From: Escherichia phage kaaroe
Sequence record: MN850574.1
Length of the DNA: 64,000 nucleotides
Direction: 5' to 3' (one strand)
In this document: positions 1-8,976 of the stretch, one piece after another
How the letters are laid out: each line of letters begins with the position of its first letter
Numbering within the stretch: the stretch's first letter is position 1
Position numbers and translations under genes: made by a program
The notes under the pieces: generated by a model
Database searches by the model: none
Told to the model about the DNA's origin: nothing
The model's input: only the letters and a program-made list of their open reading frames with translations

Positions 1-1
1 A

Positions 2-331
2 GATTTAGTAGAAATCAACATTCTGACAGAACAACGTCAGAAGAACATTTTCTCTATCTATCTGAATACGGTCGCCGGACAATATCGCGAAATGAAGAAA
101 GAGAATCCAAAATTTAAACCAGATTGGGATTCCTTCTGGACGATGAAGCGTATGTTCTTGAATGTAAAAGCATTACCAGCTTGCACCATTCATAAGTCAC
201 AAGGGATCAGCGTAGACCGCGTGTTCCTGTATACTCCTTGCATGTGTACAGACAATGTTGACTTTGAACTGGCAATGCAGTTATTATATGTGGGTGTTAC
301 CCGTGCGCGGTATCGAGTAGACTATATTTGA
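2..331 (+). CDS. dda: SF1 DNA helicase, C-terminal fragment (Dda-like); 5' end upstream of window
   Basis: Frame open from window edge; helicase motif VI-like TIHKSQG...VGVTRAR; lies upstream of dexA as in T4. Confidence 0.55.
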   Translation, partial: DLVEINILTEQRQKNIFSIYLNTVAGQYREMKKENPKFKPDWDSFWTMKRMFLNVKALPACTIHKSQGISVDRVFLYTPCMCTDNVDFELAMQLLYVGVTRARYRVDYI

Positions 332-341
332 GGAAATTATT

Positions 342-509
342 ATGATTATGCGAAGTATCCCAGAATTTAATGATGTGACGGTAAGCCGTCACAATGGAAC
401 TGTTACCATGTGCTTTAGATGGGGTCTATACGGCTGGAACGTGTCCGGCGATAGTGAAGCTGCATGTATCAATAAAATGATCGAGCATTTCACTAAGCGA
501 GGGTTTTGA
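342..509 (+). CDS. hypothetical protein (55 aa)
   Basis: ORF read from sequence (MIMRSIPEF...); GAGGAA Shine-Dalgarno 7 nt upstream. Confidence 0.45.
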   Translation: MIMRSIPEFNDVTVSRHNGTVTMCFRWGLYGWNVSGDSEAACINKMIEHFTKRGF

Positions 510-510
510 T

Positions 511-753
511 ATGGTTGTTATTAATAATGTGGCTAATGTAATACATCTACAATCAATTGTCGCGTGGAACCGTCAAAAGATTCATTGTGACTATGCACAA
601 CATGTAATGAATTTTAACAACAAAGTACGCGCATACATGGCAACGGAACGACTGTTAACCGATAATTACGGTAACGGGATTATTGATTGTAGCGGTTTCA
701 TTCTGGATAAAAACGATCTGGAGTTGTTCCGGCATATCGCGGAGGATATTTAA
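511..753 (+). CDS. hypothetical protein (80 aa)
   Basis: ORF track; start immediately follows previous stop. Confidence 0.45.
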   Translation: MVVINNVANVIHLQSIVAWNRQKIHCDYAQHVMNFNNKVRAYMATERLLTDNYGNGIIDCSGFILDKNDLELFRHIAEDI

Positions 754-754
754 A

Positions 755-1423
755 ATGCTTCCAGTGGATTTAATGATTGACTTTGAAAGTTTAGGTTATC
801 CGCCTGATGGGGCGGTTATCAATATGGCGGCAATCGGATTTAAAGAAGATCCGCACAATCCACCTACATTTAAAGAACTGGTTGGCAATTCCTTTCTGGT
901 AAAATTTGATATTCCTTCCCAGAAAGGTGTAAGGGTGTTTGATCATGGTGTGGTTGAATGGTGGAAGAATACCACCTCAGAAGGCATGAGAAAGCAATTA
1001 ATCACAAATGGTACGGAAGTATCAACTAAAGAAGGTTTAGCGCGTTTTAACGCATTCTGTGAAGCCGTAGGAGTAGATCCGGTTAAATCCGTATTGTGGT
1101 CACGCGGTAATGCGTTTGATATTCCGTTACTAGTTGATATGATCCGCCGTGCACACAATACACGAGAGACGTTCAGCCTTGAACCTGTGCGATTCTGGAA
1201 TATCCGAGATGTTCGCACCGCCATTGAGCGTACATTGATGCATCGCGGGATGTGTGAGTGTCCGTTACCAATGGGTACGCTAGATGGTTTTATCGCACAT
1301 GATGCAATTCATGATTGCGCTCGCGATATTCTTATGCTAATCTATGCACAACGTTATGCTATGGGTCTGGAAGACCTACCAGAAAATCCAGATCCAAATT
1401 CAGTTAAGAAACAAAGGGGATAA
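755..1423 (+). CDS. dexA: exonuclease A (DnaQ-like 3'-5' exonuclease)
   Basis: Internal ATG with GGAGGA SD; DxE exo motif (LMIDFESLGY); similarity to T4 DexA; synteny dda-dexA. Confidence 0.8.
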   Translation: MLPVDLMIDFESLGYPPDGAVINMAAIGFKEDPHNPPTFKELVGNSFLVKFDIPSQKGVRVFDHGVVEWWKNTTSEGMRKQLITNGTEVSTKEGLARFNAFCEAVGVDPVKSVLWSRGNAFDIPLLVDMIRRAHNTRETFSLEPVRFWNIRDVRTAIERTLMHRGMCECPLPMGTLDGFIAHDAIHDCARDILMLIYAQRYAMGLEDLPENPDPNSVKKQRG

Positions 1424-1424
1424 T

Positions 1425-1598
1425 ATGCCATTATACGATTATTCTTGTGAAGAACACGGTCAATTTCAGAAAATCCGCAAAATTTCCGAGCGTGAAAAGG
1501 CAGAATGCCCTGAATGCGGTAAAGAATGCAAACAGGGATTGACTGCCCCGCGCGGGATTAATGGCGGGTACTATGATAAAAATGTGCGCGTGTCATGA
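1425..1598 (+). CDS. small zinc-ribbon protein (FmdB-like, CxxC...CxxC)
   Basis: MPLYDYSCEEHGQF...CPECG; two CxxC pairs; starts right after dexA stop. Confidence 0.5.
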   Translation: MPLYDYSCEEHGQFQKIRKISEREKAECPECGKECKQGLTAPRGINGGYYDKNVRVS

Positions 1599-1697
1599 GT
1601 CATATACTTGACAATCACTCAATTTTTAATATGATTGTTGCAGCCGTCTTTGTGGCGGTTGCAGTAAGTTATGGTTATGTTATGAAGAGGTTTAATA

Positions 1698-3521
1698 ATG
1701 AGTGAGTTTCGCATTTTATCTGATCGTGAACATGTCCTTAAGCGTGCAGGAATGTATATAGGATCAACAACTTACGAAGAACATCAACGTTTCCTGTTCG
1801 GTAAATGGACAAAAATTTCATACGTTCCTGGACTGGTTAAAATCATTGATGAGATCATCGACAACTCTGTAGACGAGGCGATCCGCACTAACTTTGAATT
1901 TGCCAATGTGATTAGCGTCGATATCCAAAACAATATTGTTACTGTAACAGACAATGGTCGCGGTATTCCTCAACATATGGTTACTACCCCAGAGGGTACG
2001 CAGATTCCGCAACCTGTCGCCGCATGGACACGAACAAAAGCAGGGTCTAACTTTGATGATACCAATCGATTAACGCAAGGGATGAACGGTGTGGGGTCGT
2101 CGTTGTCAAATTTCTTTAGCGATTGGTTTACTGGTGTGACCTGTGACGGCGAAACAGAAATGACCGTTCAATGTACAAACGGTGCTGAAAATATCACATG
2201 GTCATCGAAACCATCAAAATTGAAGGGAACAAAGGTTACATTTTGCCCAGACTTCGACCACTTCGAAGGTTATATGATGGGCAACTCTGTTTTAGATATT
2301 GTTCATGATCGTCTGCAATCATTGAGCGTAATATTTCCTAAGATCACGTTTAAGTTTAATGGTAAACGTATTGTTAGTAAGTTCAAGGATTATGCTAAAC
2401 TATACAATGATGATCCGTTTGTCATTGAAGATAAAAACTTTTCACTTGCCCTAGTTCCTGCGGTCGAGGGAGAAGGTTTTAAATCAGTATCCTTTGCTAA
2501 TGGTCTGTTTACCAAAAACGGGGGAACACACGTTGATTATGTGACAGATGATCTTTGTGAAGAGATTGTAAAACGAATCAAGAAAGAATATAAGGTTGAT
2601 GTTACTAAAGCTGCGGTTAAGTCTGGATTGACCTGTATTCTTATTGTTCGTGAATTGCCTAACCTTCGTTTTGATTCACAGACAAAAGAACGATTGACTA
2701 ATCCAACTGGTGATATCAAGCGTCATATTGATCTTGATTTTAAAAAGCTGGCTAAAGTCATTGCTAAGAAAGAAAACATTATCATGCCTATTATTGCTGT
2801 AGTCCTGGCACGCAAAGAGGCAGCAGATAAAGCGGCAGCGACTAAGGCAGCAAAGGCAGCGAAACGGGCTAAGGTGGCAAAACACGTTAAAGCTAACCTT
2901 ATTGGAACTGACGCAGAAACTACCCTGTTTTTGACGGAAGGTGATTCCGCGATCAACTATCTGATCTCTGTACGTGATCAAGATTTACATGGAGGTTTCC
3001 CGTTGCGAGGCAAAACTCTTACAACGTGGGAACAACCGGAGGCAAAGATCGTTAAGAACGCCGAAATTTTTAACATCATGGCGATCACTGGCTTGCAATT
3101 TGGTGTTGATGCATTGGAAGTTATGCAATACAAAAATATTGCGATTATGACCGACGCTGATACTGACGGGATCGGGTCTATTAAACCTAGTCTGATCTCT
3201 TTCTTTGCACGTTGGCCTGAATTGTTCGAAGATGGACGAATCCGGTTTATCAAAACACCTATTATCATTGCGGAACCAAAGAAAGGTGATGATGTTCGAT
3301 GGTATTATGACCTAGAAGATTTCGAGAACGACCGAGATAATATCAAAGGTTACAACATTCGATATATCAAAGGTTTAGCATCGCTCACAGAATCAGACTA
3401 TCATCGCGTGATCAACGATCCTGTCATGGAGATCATCACGTTACCGGAAAACTATAAAGAGCTATTCGATTTGCTCTATAGTGAAGATGCAGATCAGCGC
3501 AAAATTTGGATGCAATCATAA
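1698..3521 (+). CDS. 39: DNA topoisomerase II large subunit (GyrB-like; gp39 and gp60 regions in one continuous ORF)
   Basis: 607 aa; GHKL ATPase motifs (DNSVDEAI, DNGRGIP, GMNGVGSS) and Toprim motifs (LTEGDSA, MTDADTDG); T4 gp39-like N-terminus. Confidence 0.93.
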   Translation: MSEFRILSDREHVLKRAGMYIGSTTYEEHQRFLFGKWTKISYVPGLVKIIDEIIDNSVDEAIRTNFEFANVISVDIQNNIVTVTDNGRGIPQHMVTTPEGTQIPQPVAAWTRTKAGSNFDDTNRLTQGMNGVGSSLSNFFSDWFTGVTCDGETEMTVQCTNGAENITWSSKPSKLKGTKVTFCPDFDHFEGYMMGNSVLDIVHDRLQSLSVIFPKITFKFNGKRIVSKFKDYAKLYNDDPFVIEDKNFSLALVPAVEGEGFKSVSFANGLFTKNGGTHVDYVTDDLCEEIVKRIKKEYKVDVTKAAVKSGLTCILIVRELPNLRFDSQTKERLTNPTGDIKRHIDLDFKKLAKVIAKKENIIMPIIAVVLARKEAADKAAATKAAKAAKRAKVAKHVKANLIGTDAETTLFLTEGDSAINYLISVRDQDLHGGFPLRGKTLTTWEQPEAKIVKNAEIFNIMAITGLQFGVDALEVMQYKNIAIMTDADTDGIGSIKPSLISFFARWPELFEDGRIRFIKTPIIIAEPKKGDDVRWYYDLEDFENDRDNIKGYNIRYIKGLASLTESDYHRVINDPVMEIITLPENYKELFDLLYSEDADQRKIWMQS

Positions 3522-3524
3522 CAC

Positions 3525-3563
3525 TTGACATACAAGGGAGATTCTCTATAATGGGAGTCTCCC
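3525..3563 (+). promoter_or_regulatory. sigma70-type early promoter with palindromic spacer (PeSL-like)
   Basis: TTGACA, 16-nt spacer, TATAAT; -10 sits between inverted repeats GGGAGA/TCTCCC. Confidence 0.55.
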
Positions 3564-3586
3564 TTTTCTTTTATGAGGATTTAACG

Positions 3587-3886
3587 ATGAGCAAAAAGAA
3601 TAACATGATGATGAGTATGGCAAAGTTCATGGAAGCAGACCTGATCAAAAATACAGTACAGCATGAACGCCAGCGAGAAGCCGCAGTGATTGCAGAACAA
3701 GGTTTTCAGGTTATCCGCAATCCACCTAAAGATACGATTAAATCGAAATACAGAGAAGATCTGAAAGACCATGAAGTACGGGAACTGGTTAATGATCTGC
3801 GTGACATTGCCATCAAATATCATGGTTATCAGTGCTTACGAGAACTGATCGCAGAGCGAGTAATGGATGCATTGAAAAAAGATTAA
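3587..3886 (+). CDS. hypothetical protein (99 aa)
   Basis: Internal ATG of track ORF 3506-3886, preceded by GAGGA SD and the promoter at 3525. Confidence 0.55.
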   Translation: MSKKNNMMMSMAKFMEADLIKNTVQHERQREAAVIAEQGFQVIRNPPKDTIKSKYREDLKDHEVRELVNDLRDIAIKYHGYQCLRELIAERVMDALKKD

Positions 3887-3893
3887 AAATCTG

Positions 3894-3928
3894 TTGACAC
3901 TGGATCGGGGATATATCATAATGTCCCC
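3894..3928 (+). promoter_or_regulatory. sigma70-type early promoter with imperfect inverted repeat around -10
   Basis: TTGACA, 17-nt spacer, CATAAT; flanked by GGGGATAT/ATGTCCCC. Confidence 0.5.
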
Positions 3929-3952
3929 ATCGAAAACAAAAGGTTGACTTAT

Positions 3953-4147
3953 ATGAAACCGTTTAAGAATGAAGAAACTCAAAAATTTTGTGAAAAAATT
4001 GCAGAAATCTACTTGACAGGGAATAAGGAAAAAGCTAATATTATGTTCAAAGAGTCAGTTTCCATGATGAAAGTAGCACGCTGGGAACTGATCGCAATGC
4101 AAGACCAAATTCGTTATCTAGTAACAAAGGAGAATCAAAATGCGTAA
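3953..4147 (+). CDS. hypothetical protein (64 aa)
   Basis: ATG downstream of the TTG start used in the ORF track. Confidence 0.5.
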   Translation: MKPFKNEETQKFCEKIAEIYLTGNKEKANIMFKESVSMMKVARWELIAMQDQIRYLVTKENQNA

Positions 4148-4334
4148 CCATTACATCGAATTGGCAAGCCGTAAAGTTTCAGACCTGAAAGGCGTAATTG
4201 CTTACTATGAAGAAGTCCTGAAAAACGAAATTGCCGAGTGGGAACGTAAAGAATACAGCAAGTGCTTAGAGAAAAGCCGCGCTGAACTGGTTGACGCAGA
4301 AGCCCATCTGCAATGGGTAATTGAAAATGTATAA
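4140..4334 (+). CDS. hypothetical protein (64 aa)
   Basis: ORF track; start overlaps previous stop (coupled). Confidence 0.5.
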   Translation: MRNHYIELASRKVSDLKGVIAYYEEVLKNEIAEWERKEYSKCLEKSRAELVDAEAHLQWVIENV

Positions 4335-4345
4335 GGAGTAGAAAA

Positions 4346-4603
4346 ATGAGTCGAAGTTTTGATTTTATGATCGCCAAGTGTCATAGAGAAAAGAAATCGA
4401 TGGACCTATTTATGAAATGTCTGAGATATGAATATGCGCACCTTCGTAAACACAAAATTGACCCGCAAGTTTCCTACGAAAACATCAAGAAATATGCGAA
4501 AGAAGTGATTGACAACGATTGCACCGTGACATATAATGCGTTTATTGATTTATGGGCGTGGGATGTAATCTACGCAGAGATGGACAAAGAAGATTTTAAT
4601 TAA
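4346..4603 (+). CDS. hypothetical protein (85 aa)
   Basis: ORF track; AGGAG SD. Confidence 0.5.
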   Translation: MSRSFDFMIAKCHREKKSMDLFMKCLRYEYAHLRKHKIDPQVSYENIKKYAKEVIDNDCTVTYNAFIDLWAWDVIYAEMDKEDFN

Positions 4604-4617
4604 GTGAGGATTATATT

Positions 4618-6726
4618 ATGAAAATGCATATTGATAATGAAGAAGTATTTGGCAGTGACTTGAGCGGTGCGGTTGATTTTTCACTGAAAGCAAGTAGCAA
4701 GGCTTTTATGGTGCTTTCTAAGAACACTTATCAATATTGTGAACGTGCTTGCGTCCGTGAGTATTCGTGCAATGCTACCGACACTCACAAAGAAGCCGGA
4801 ACCTTAGATCGTCCGTTTGATATTCATTTACCGACTGCAATCGAACCGTATTTTTCTGTGCGTGATTATGGTACTGGTATTCCGTCTAAGAAAGAATTAG
4901 AACAACTGTTTACGGTTTACTTTGAATCAACAAAAGACCAGACTAATGATTATATCGGATCTTTTGGTTTAGGTGCGAAATCTGCTTATAGCTATACCGA
5001 CACCTTTACAATCGTAAACTATTACAATGGTCGCGCTTATGGCTTTACGGCATTTGTGCAAAACTCTATGCCGAAAATGGTGCAGATTTTCGACGAACCG
5101 ACCTATGAAGACAACGGTCTGAAAATCACTATTCCGGTGAAAGAAAAAGACATTCAGACATGGCATCGAGAAGCGCAATTTGTACTGCGTCATTTTGGGG
5201 AACACAAACCTAATATCAATGCAATCGAAATTAATTATTTCCCTAGCTTTGATAATTATTATGTGTGTAATGGGCGTGATAACGATTCCTATGTAGTATA
5301 TGCAATCATGGGTAAGATCCAGTATCCGATCCCGTATGAATATGTTCGCGGAACATGGTTAGAAGCTGTAAACCGCCAGCACCAGACCATTTACATTAAT
5401 TTTGAGTTGGGTGATCTGGACCTTATGCCATCGCGTGAAGAAGTTCACTTGTCAATTGAGACTAAAGCGAACATCGAAAAACGCATTGCAGAAATCAATG
5501 AAATGATGTTGGAAAAGGTTAAAGAAAAGATCGCCAACATTAAAACAGAGCGTAAACTTGCGCAATTTATGAGCGAGTATTCATCGACTCAACGCAATAT
5601 TATTAGCAAGATGGGTAAGATCGGACAATGGGACGATCCGGTAGCAATCTATAATAAGTTTGTTAATGCGGGTAAAGATTCGCCTAATGACGTAGAAGGT
5701 CAGGTGTATACTCTGTATCGTACTCGTCACACAATAAGTAAATTGCGCCCTGCTTTCGTTAGCAGTCAATACAACATTACGCATTTTGTATGGATGCATA
5801 AAGAAGATATTACGTGTCTTATTGATGATACCGATAAACCGAAACTGCGTGCACTGACTCTTAACGGCATGGTCCAGGAATACGGCATCAATAAAAAGGT
5901 ACTGGTGTTCCGTCAGAAAAACGAAAAACATATGGAGACTTTCGAGTACATCAAACAGTATTATGATGATTCTGAAATGACCGTGATTAAAGTGTCTGAG
6001 GCCGATGATCTGCGTGCTAAAGCAGTTAAACCGGAGAAGACCGAGCGTACACAACGTGAAGCGACTCCTAAGCTGCCTAACGTGTATATCATGGAAAAGA
6101 TTGGTGACAGTTGGCATAAAACCAGCCATCACATGAAAGCGGCAGAGATTCGCGAGTTATCAGGCTTGCACATGTTCCGCGTAGGTGATGCATTCGAAAG
6201 CCGTAGTCGTAAATCGATCCATAGTGAAAATACATTACACACGGCGCTTGACTACTTCGGGGTAACAAAGTATATTATTACTCGAAACGAGACACAAAAA
6301 TATCTCGTTGACGAACAATTGGAATGTGCGCTAGAATTTGTTCGCGGTAAGCTGGCTGGTCTGGCTAAGAAGGTTAAGACCAATCATCTGGGGTATGGCG
6401 AATATCTGGGTGTGATCACTATGTTGTTTCATGACGATGAACTAGAACGCTGTGTTCCAGAATTTATTGACAGACTGTACGGTCGTCATTATAATAAAGA
6501 GGTTTCCAAGTTACTCCTTCGTACTCGTTGGATTATGGACGCAGAAACTAAAAAGATTTGTGATGAAAAATTCACGGTAGCAAACGAACGAATTAAAGCA
6601 GTTTGTGCGAAGTTTAAAGAGAATAGCCCGTTACTGTATGATATTGTAGATAACTGGTATCGTATTCTGCATAATGACAAACGCGCACAAGACTTTATGA
6701 AACTGGTTAAGAATGTTAAATTTTAA
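4618..6726 (+). CDS. rIIA: rIIA protein (membrane-associated, GHKL ATPase-like N-terminal domain)
   Basis: 702 aa; HATPase-like motifs (DYGTGIP, GSFGLGAKSAY); rIIA-rIIB-like pair following gene 39 as in T4. Confidence 0.85.
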   Translation: MKMHIDNEEVFGSDLSGAVDFSLKASSKAFMVLSKNTYQYCERACVREYSCNATDTHKEAGTLDRPFDIHLPTAIEPYFSVRDYGTGIPSKKELEQLFTVYFESTKDQTNDYIGSFGLGAKSAYSYTDTFTIVNYYNGRAYGFTAFVQNSMPKMVQIFDEPTYEDNGLKITIPVKEKDIQTWHREAQFVLRHFGEHKPNINAIEINYFPSFDNYYVCNGRDNDSYVVYAIMGKIQYPIPYEYVRGTWLEAVNRQHQTIYINFELGDLDLMPSREEVHLSIETKANIEKRIAEINEMMLEKVKEKIANIKTERKLAQFMSEYSSTQRNIISKMGKIGQWDDPVAIYNKFVNAGKDSPNDVEGQVYTLYRTRHTISKLRPAFVSSQYNITHFVWMHKEDITCLIDDTDKPKLRALTLNGMVQEYGINKKVLVFRQKNEKHMETFEYIKQYYDDSEMTVIKVSEADDLRAKAVKPEKTERTQREATPKLPNVYIMEKIGDSWHKTSHHMKAAEIRELSGLHMFRVGDAFESRSRKSIHSENTLHTALDYFGVTKYIITRNETQKYLVDEQLECALEFVRGKLAGLAKKVKTNHLGYGEYLGVITMLFHDDELERCVPEFIDRLYGRHYNKEVSKLLLRTRWIMDAETKKICDEKFTVANERIKAVCAKFKENSPLLYDIVDNWYRILHNDKRAQDFMKLVKNVKF

Positions 6727-6737
6727 GAGGTGATATT

Positions 6738-6869
6738 ATGACTAAACTGACCGCTATCCAGAAAGAAACCATCCGTAAACAATACGCTCGCGGCTTGACT
6801 AAAGGCGAACTGGCACGAATCTATAATGTATCAGACCGCACAATCCGCAAGGTTGTCGAAGCAAAATAA
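6738..6869 (+). CDS. small helix-turn-helix protein (43 aa)
   Basis: MTKLTAIQKETIRKQYARGLTKGELARIYNVSDRTIRKVVEAK; classic HTH pattern; below ORF-track size cutoff. Confidence 0.5.
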   Translation: MTKLTAIQKETIRKQYARGLTKGELARIYNVSDRTIRKVVEAK

Positions 6870-6881
6870 TTCTGGTATAAT
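6853..6881 (+). promoter_or_regulatory. candidate sigma70 promoter for rIIB
   Basis: TTGTCG, 17-nt spacer, TATAAT, followed by a short hairpin at about 6892-6908. Confidence 0.4.
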
Positions 6882-6931
6882 GATGTGAATCGGGCGGCGA
6901 TAGTCGCCCAACTAATAGAGGAATGAATACT

Positions 6932-7924
6932 ATGACTAAAGCAAAAATCACCGTCTCTGACCGTAACGTTCAATGCCTGGATTCTGAAAAACAAATCAAA
7001 CTGGCTAAACAGTGGGGCGAAGGTAAGTTTACTACCCGCGAAGCACTTGCGGCAGCATTTGGGGTATCTCGTCGTACTGCCTCCCGTGTATTACTGATTC
7101 AGAAAGACGCAGTAGCGGAAGGTCGCAAGGCACTAGAAAAACGTAAAGCACGCCGTAAAACCAGTAAAGGAAAAGGCGGTGAACGCGCAAAAAAGCCCGT
7201 GACTACTTCCTCAAAAATCGTAGCAATAGCCTCAACTAAGTTTATTACTATTACATGTGGTGACATTGTTTATACTGCTGATCCATCGCATGTTAACTTT
7301 AATGAAGCACTGGAAGCGATTAAACATAATGATTTCATCAAAGCTATTACGCTGATTGACATTAAGAAAGCGGTTGAAGTATATTATCACGGCGCTTTCC
7401 GTATCGAAAATGGTATTGTGTATTATCATAATATTGTTCTTGATAATAATCTGACTCGTCGAGTTGTGGAGTCGATTAAAGAGAATAAGCCATATACGCA
7501 CTATCTGAACTTCTTTGAGAAGTGCAAGAAGAATCCTAGCCGTAAGGCGGTAGATCGTCTGTTTGACTTCTTAGAGCACAACGACATTGAGATCGGGGAA
7601 GATGGTTGTTTCTATGCATGGAAACGTGTTGATGTTGATTATAAAGATTTCTTTACGCATACGTTTGATAATAGCCCAGGGCGCACGGTTAAAATGAAGC
7701 GTAAAGACGTGGACCCAGATGATGATCGCACTTGCTCTAATGGCCTCCACGTTGCAGCGAAACACTATATTCCTCACTATGGCGGTGGACGAGGCCGAAT
7801 CATTAAATGCAAAGTTGATCCGCGTCACGTTGTAAGTATCCCGAAAGATTATGCGAATGCCAAAATGCGCTGCCATCGTTACTATGTGGTTGAAGATGTA
7901 ACCGAAGGTTTTAGCCATTACTAA
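6932..7924 (+). CDS. rIIB: rIIB protein
   Basis: Internal ATG 11 nt after AGAGGA SD; ~330 aa; directly downstream of rIIA. Confidence 0.8.
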   Translation: MTKAKITVSDRNVQCLDSEKQIKLAKQWGEGKFTTREALAAAFGVSRRTASRVLLIQKDAVAEGRKALEKRKARRKTSKGKGGERAKKPVTTSSKIVAIASTKFITITCGDIVYTADPSHVNFNEALEAIKHNDFIKAITLIDIKKAVEVYYHGAFRIENGIVYYHNIVLDNNLTRRVVESIKENKPYTHYLNFFEKCKKNPSRKAVDRLFDFLEHNDIEIGEDGCFYAWKRVDVDYKDFFTHTFDNSPGRTVKMKRKDVDPDDDRTCSNGLHVAAKHYIPHYGGGRGRIIKCKVDPRHVVSIPKDYANAKMRCHRYYVVEDVTEGFSHY

Positions 7925-7938
7925 CAGAGGAATTAATT

Positions 7939-8265
7939 ATGGTTGATATGAAAGTTACTTGCGAAAGTGCACATGTTGAAGTTGAAAGTAGCCAATATTC
8001 ATTGCGTCCGTCCGGTCGCGTTACTGTGACTATGGATGATGTTGATTTGGTTAATAATGTTAGTGTTGAAGATATCGTTAATGAGTATGATCATAGCGAA
8101 CTACTAGACGCAATTCCTGAACATGTTGTGATCCAGCACGTAGTAAGCAATAATGATCCATCGACTTTCATTAAAGAATATGGCGCTGATGAAATGCTCG
8201 ATGAAATTGGCGAAAAGATTGTTATTGCATGGCTTGAAAACAACGGTTATACTGTAGAACAATAA
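7939..8265 (+). CDS. hypothetical acidic protein (108 aa)
   Basis: ORF track; GAGGAA SD. Confidence 0.5.
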   Translation: MVDMKVTCESAHVEVESSQYSLRPSGRVTVTMDDVDLVNNVSVEDIVNEYDHSELLDAIPEHVVIQHVVSNNDPSTFIKEYGADEMLDEIGEKIVIAWLENNGYTVEQ

Positions 8266-8272
8266 TCAACAT

Positions 8273-8296
8273 AGGCCGCTTTGCGCGGCCTTTCTT
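8273..8296 (+). terminator. intrinsic terminator
   Basis: GGCCGC / GCGGCC stem followed by TTTCTT. Confidence 0.5.
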
Positions 8297-8310
8297 AGAG
8301 GGAATACATT

Positions 8311-8604
8311 ATGACGGTCACGGTTATTACCAAATACGACGACGAAAATGTGATTTACGGTGACGTGGTTGTTGTTCACGGTCGTAGCATGAAAGTTACT
8401 GGTAATTGTAAAGATGGTGCTATTATTTGCGGTGAATTGGTGAGAACAGTCAATCCTATCACCGACGAACAAAAGCGAGTCATTATCAGAAAACTTAAAG
8501 ACAGTGGATATTGTAACGTCGTGGTGATTCAAGAAAAAATTGAAGTAGGTCACTTATACACAAATCAGAAAACAATTCCTGTATCAATGGTTAAAGGCGG
8601 TTAA
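8311..8604 (+). CDS. hypothetical protein (97 aa)
   Basis: ORF track; GAGGGAA SD. Confidence 0.5.
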   Translation: MTVTVITKYDDENVIYGDVVVVHGRSMKVTGNCKDGAIICGELVRTVNPITDEQKRVIIRKLKDSGYCNVVVIQEKIEVGHLYTNQKTIPVSMVKGG

Positions 8605-8606
8605 TA

Positions 8607-8969
8607 ATGCTAGGTCATTCTAAAATAGAAGATTGCTCATTCAGAGCAATGAAAGATGATTTTTCGGTCCTGTACGCGTCTATCCGAGAGTTGTTTGTAG
8701 ATTTTAAGCAATTCAGAGAATACAAAGGCGTTAAGATGCGGGAGTGGGTATTCTGGCCTTTCTATATCATTACTCTGTTTTCTATGGTATTTTGTTTTGT
8801 CGGGATCACTATCGCTAGTTTTGTCACTTGCGTTTTCCTGATTATCAGGTGTATCATGTTTGCTTTGATTGCTGCCCCGTTTATTGTGTCAATCCTTCCG
8901 TTAAAATGGCTATTGGATTGGGCTGATAAATCTGATAAAGTAAAGAATGTGATTTGTAAGCGTGTATGA
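8607..8969 (+). CDS. predicted integral membrane protein (120 aa)
   Basis: Long hydrophobic stretches (WVFWPFYIITLFSMVF..., FALIAAPFIVSILPL). Confidence 0.5.
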   Translation: MLGHSKIEDCSFRAMKDDFSVLYASIRELFVDFKQFREYKGVKMREWVFWPFYIITLFSMVFCFVGITIASFVTCVFLIIRCIMFALIAAPFIVSILPLKWLLDWADKSDKVKNVICKRV

Positions 8970-8976
8970 GGTGAAG

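Noticed and set aside
1698-3521. Translational bypass (gene 60-type hop) in the topoisomerase subunit
   Set aside because: Single uninterrupted ORF; no in-frame stop followed by a take-off/landing codon pair.
5581-6132. 183-aa minus-strand ORF inside rIIA
   Set aside because: Antisense to a well-supported gene, no RBS; interpreted as a frame-shadow ORF.
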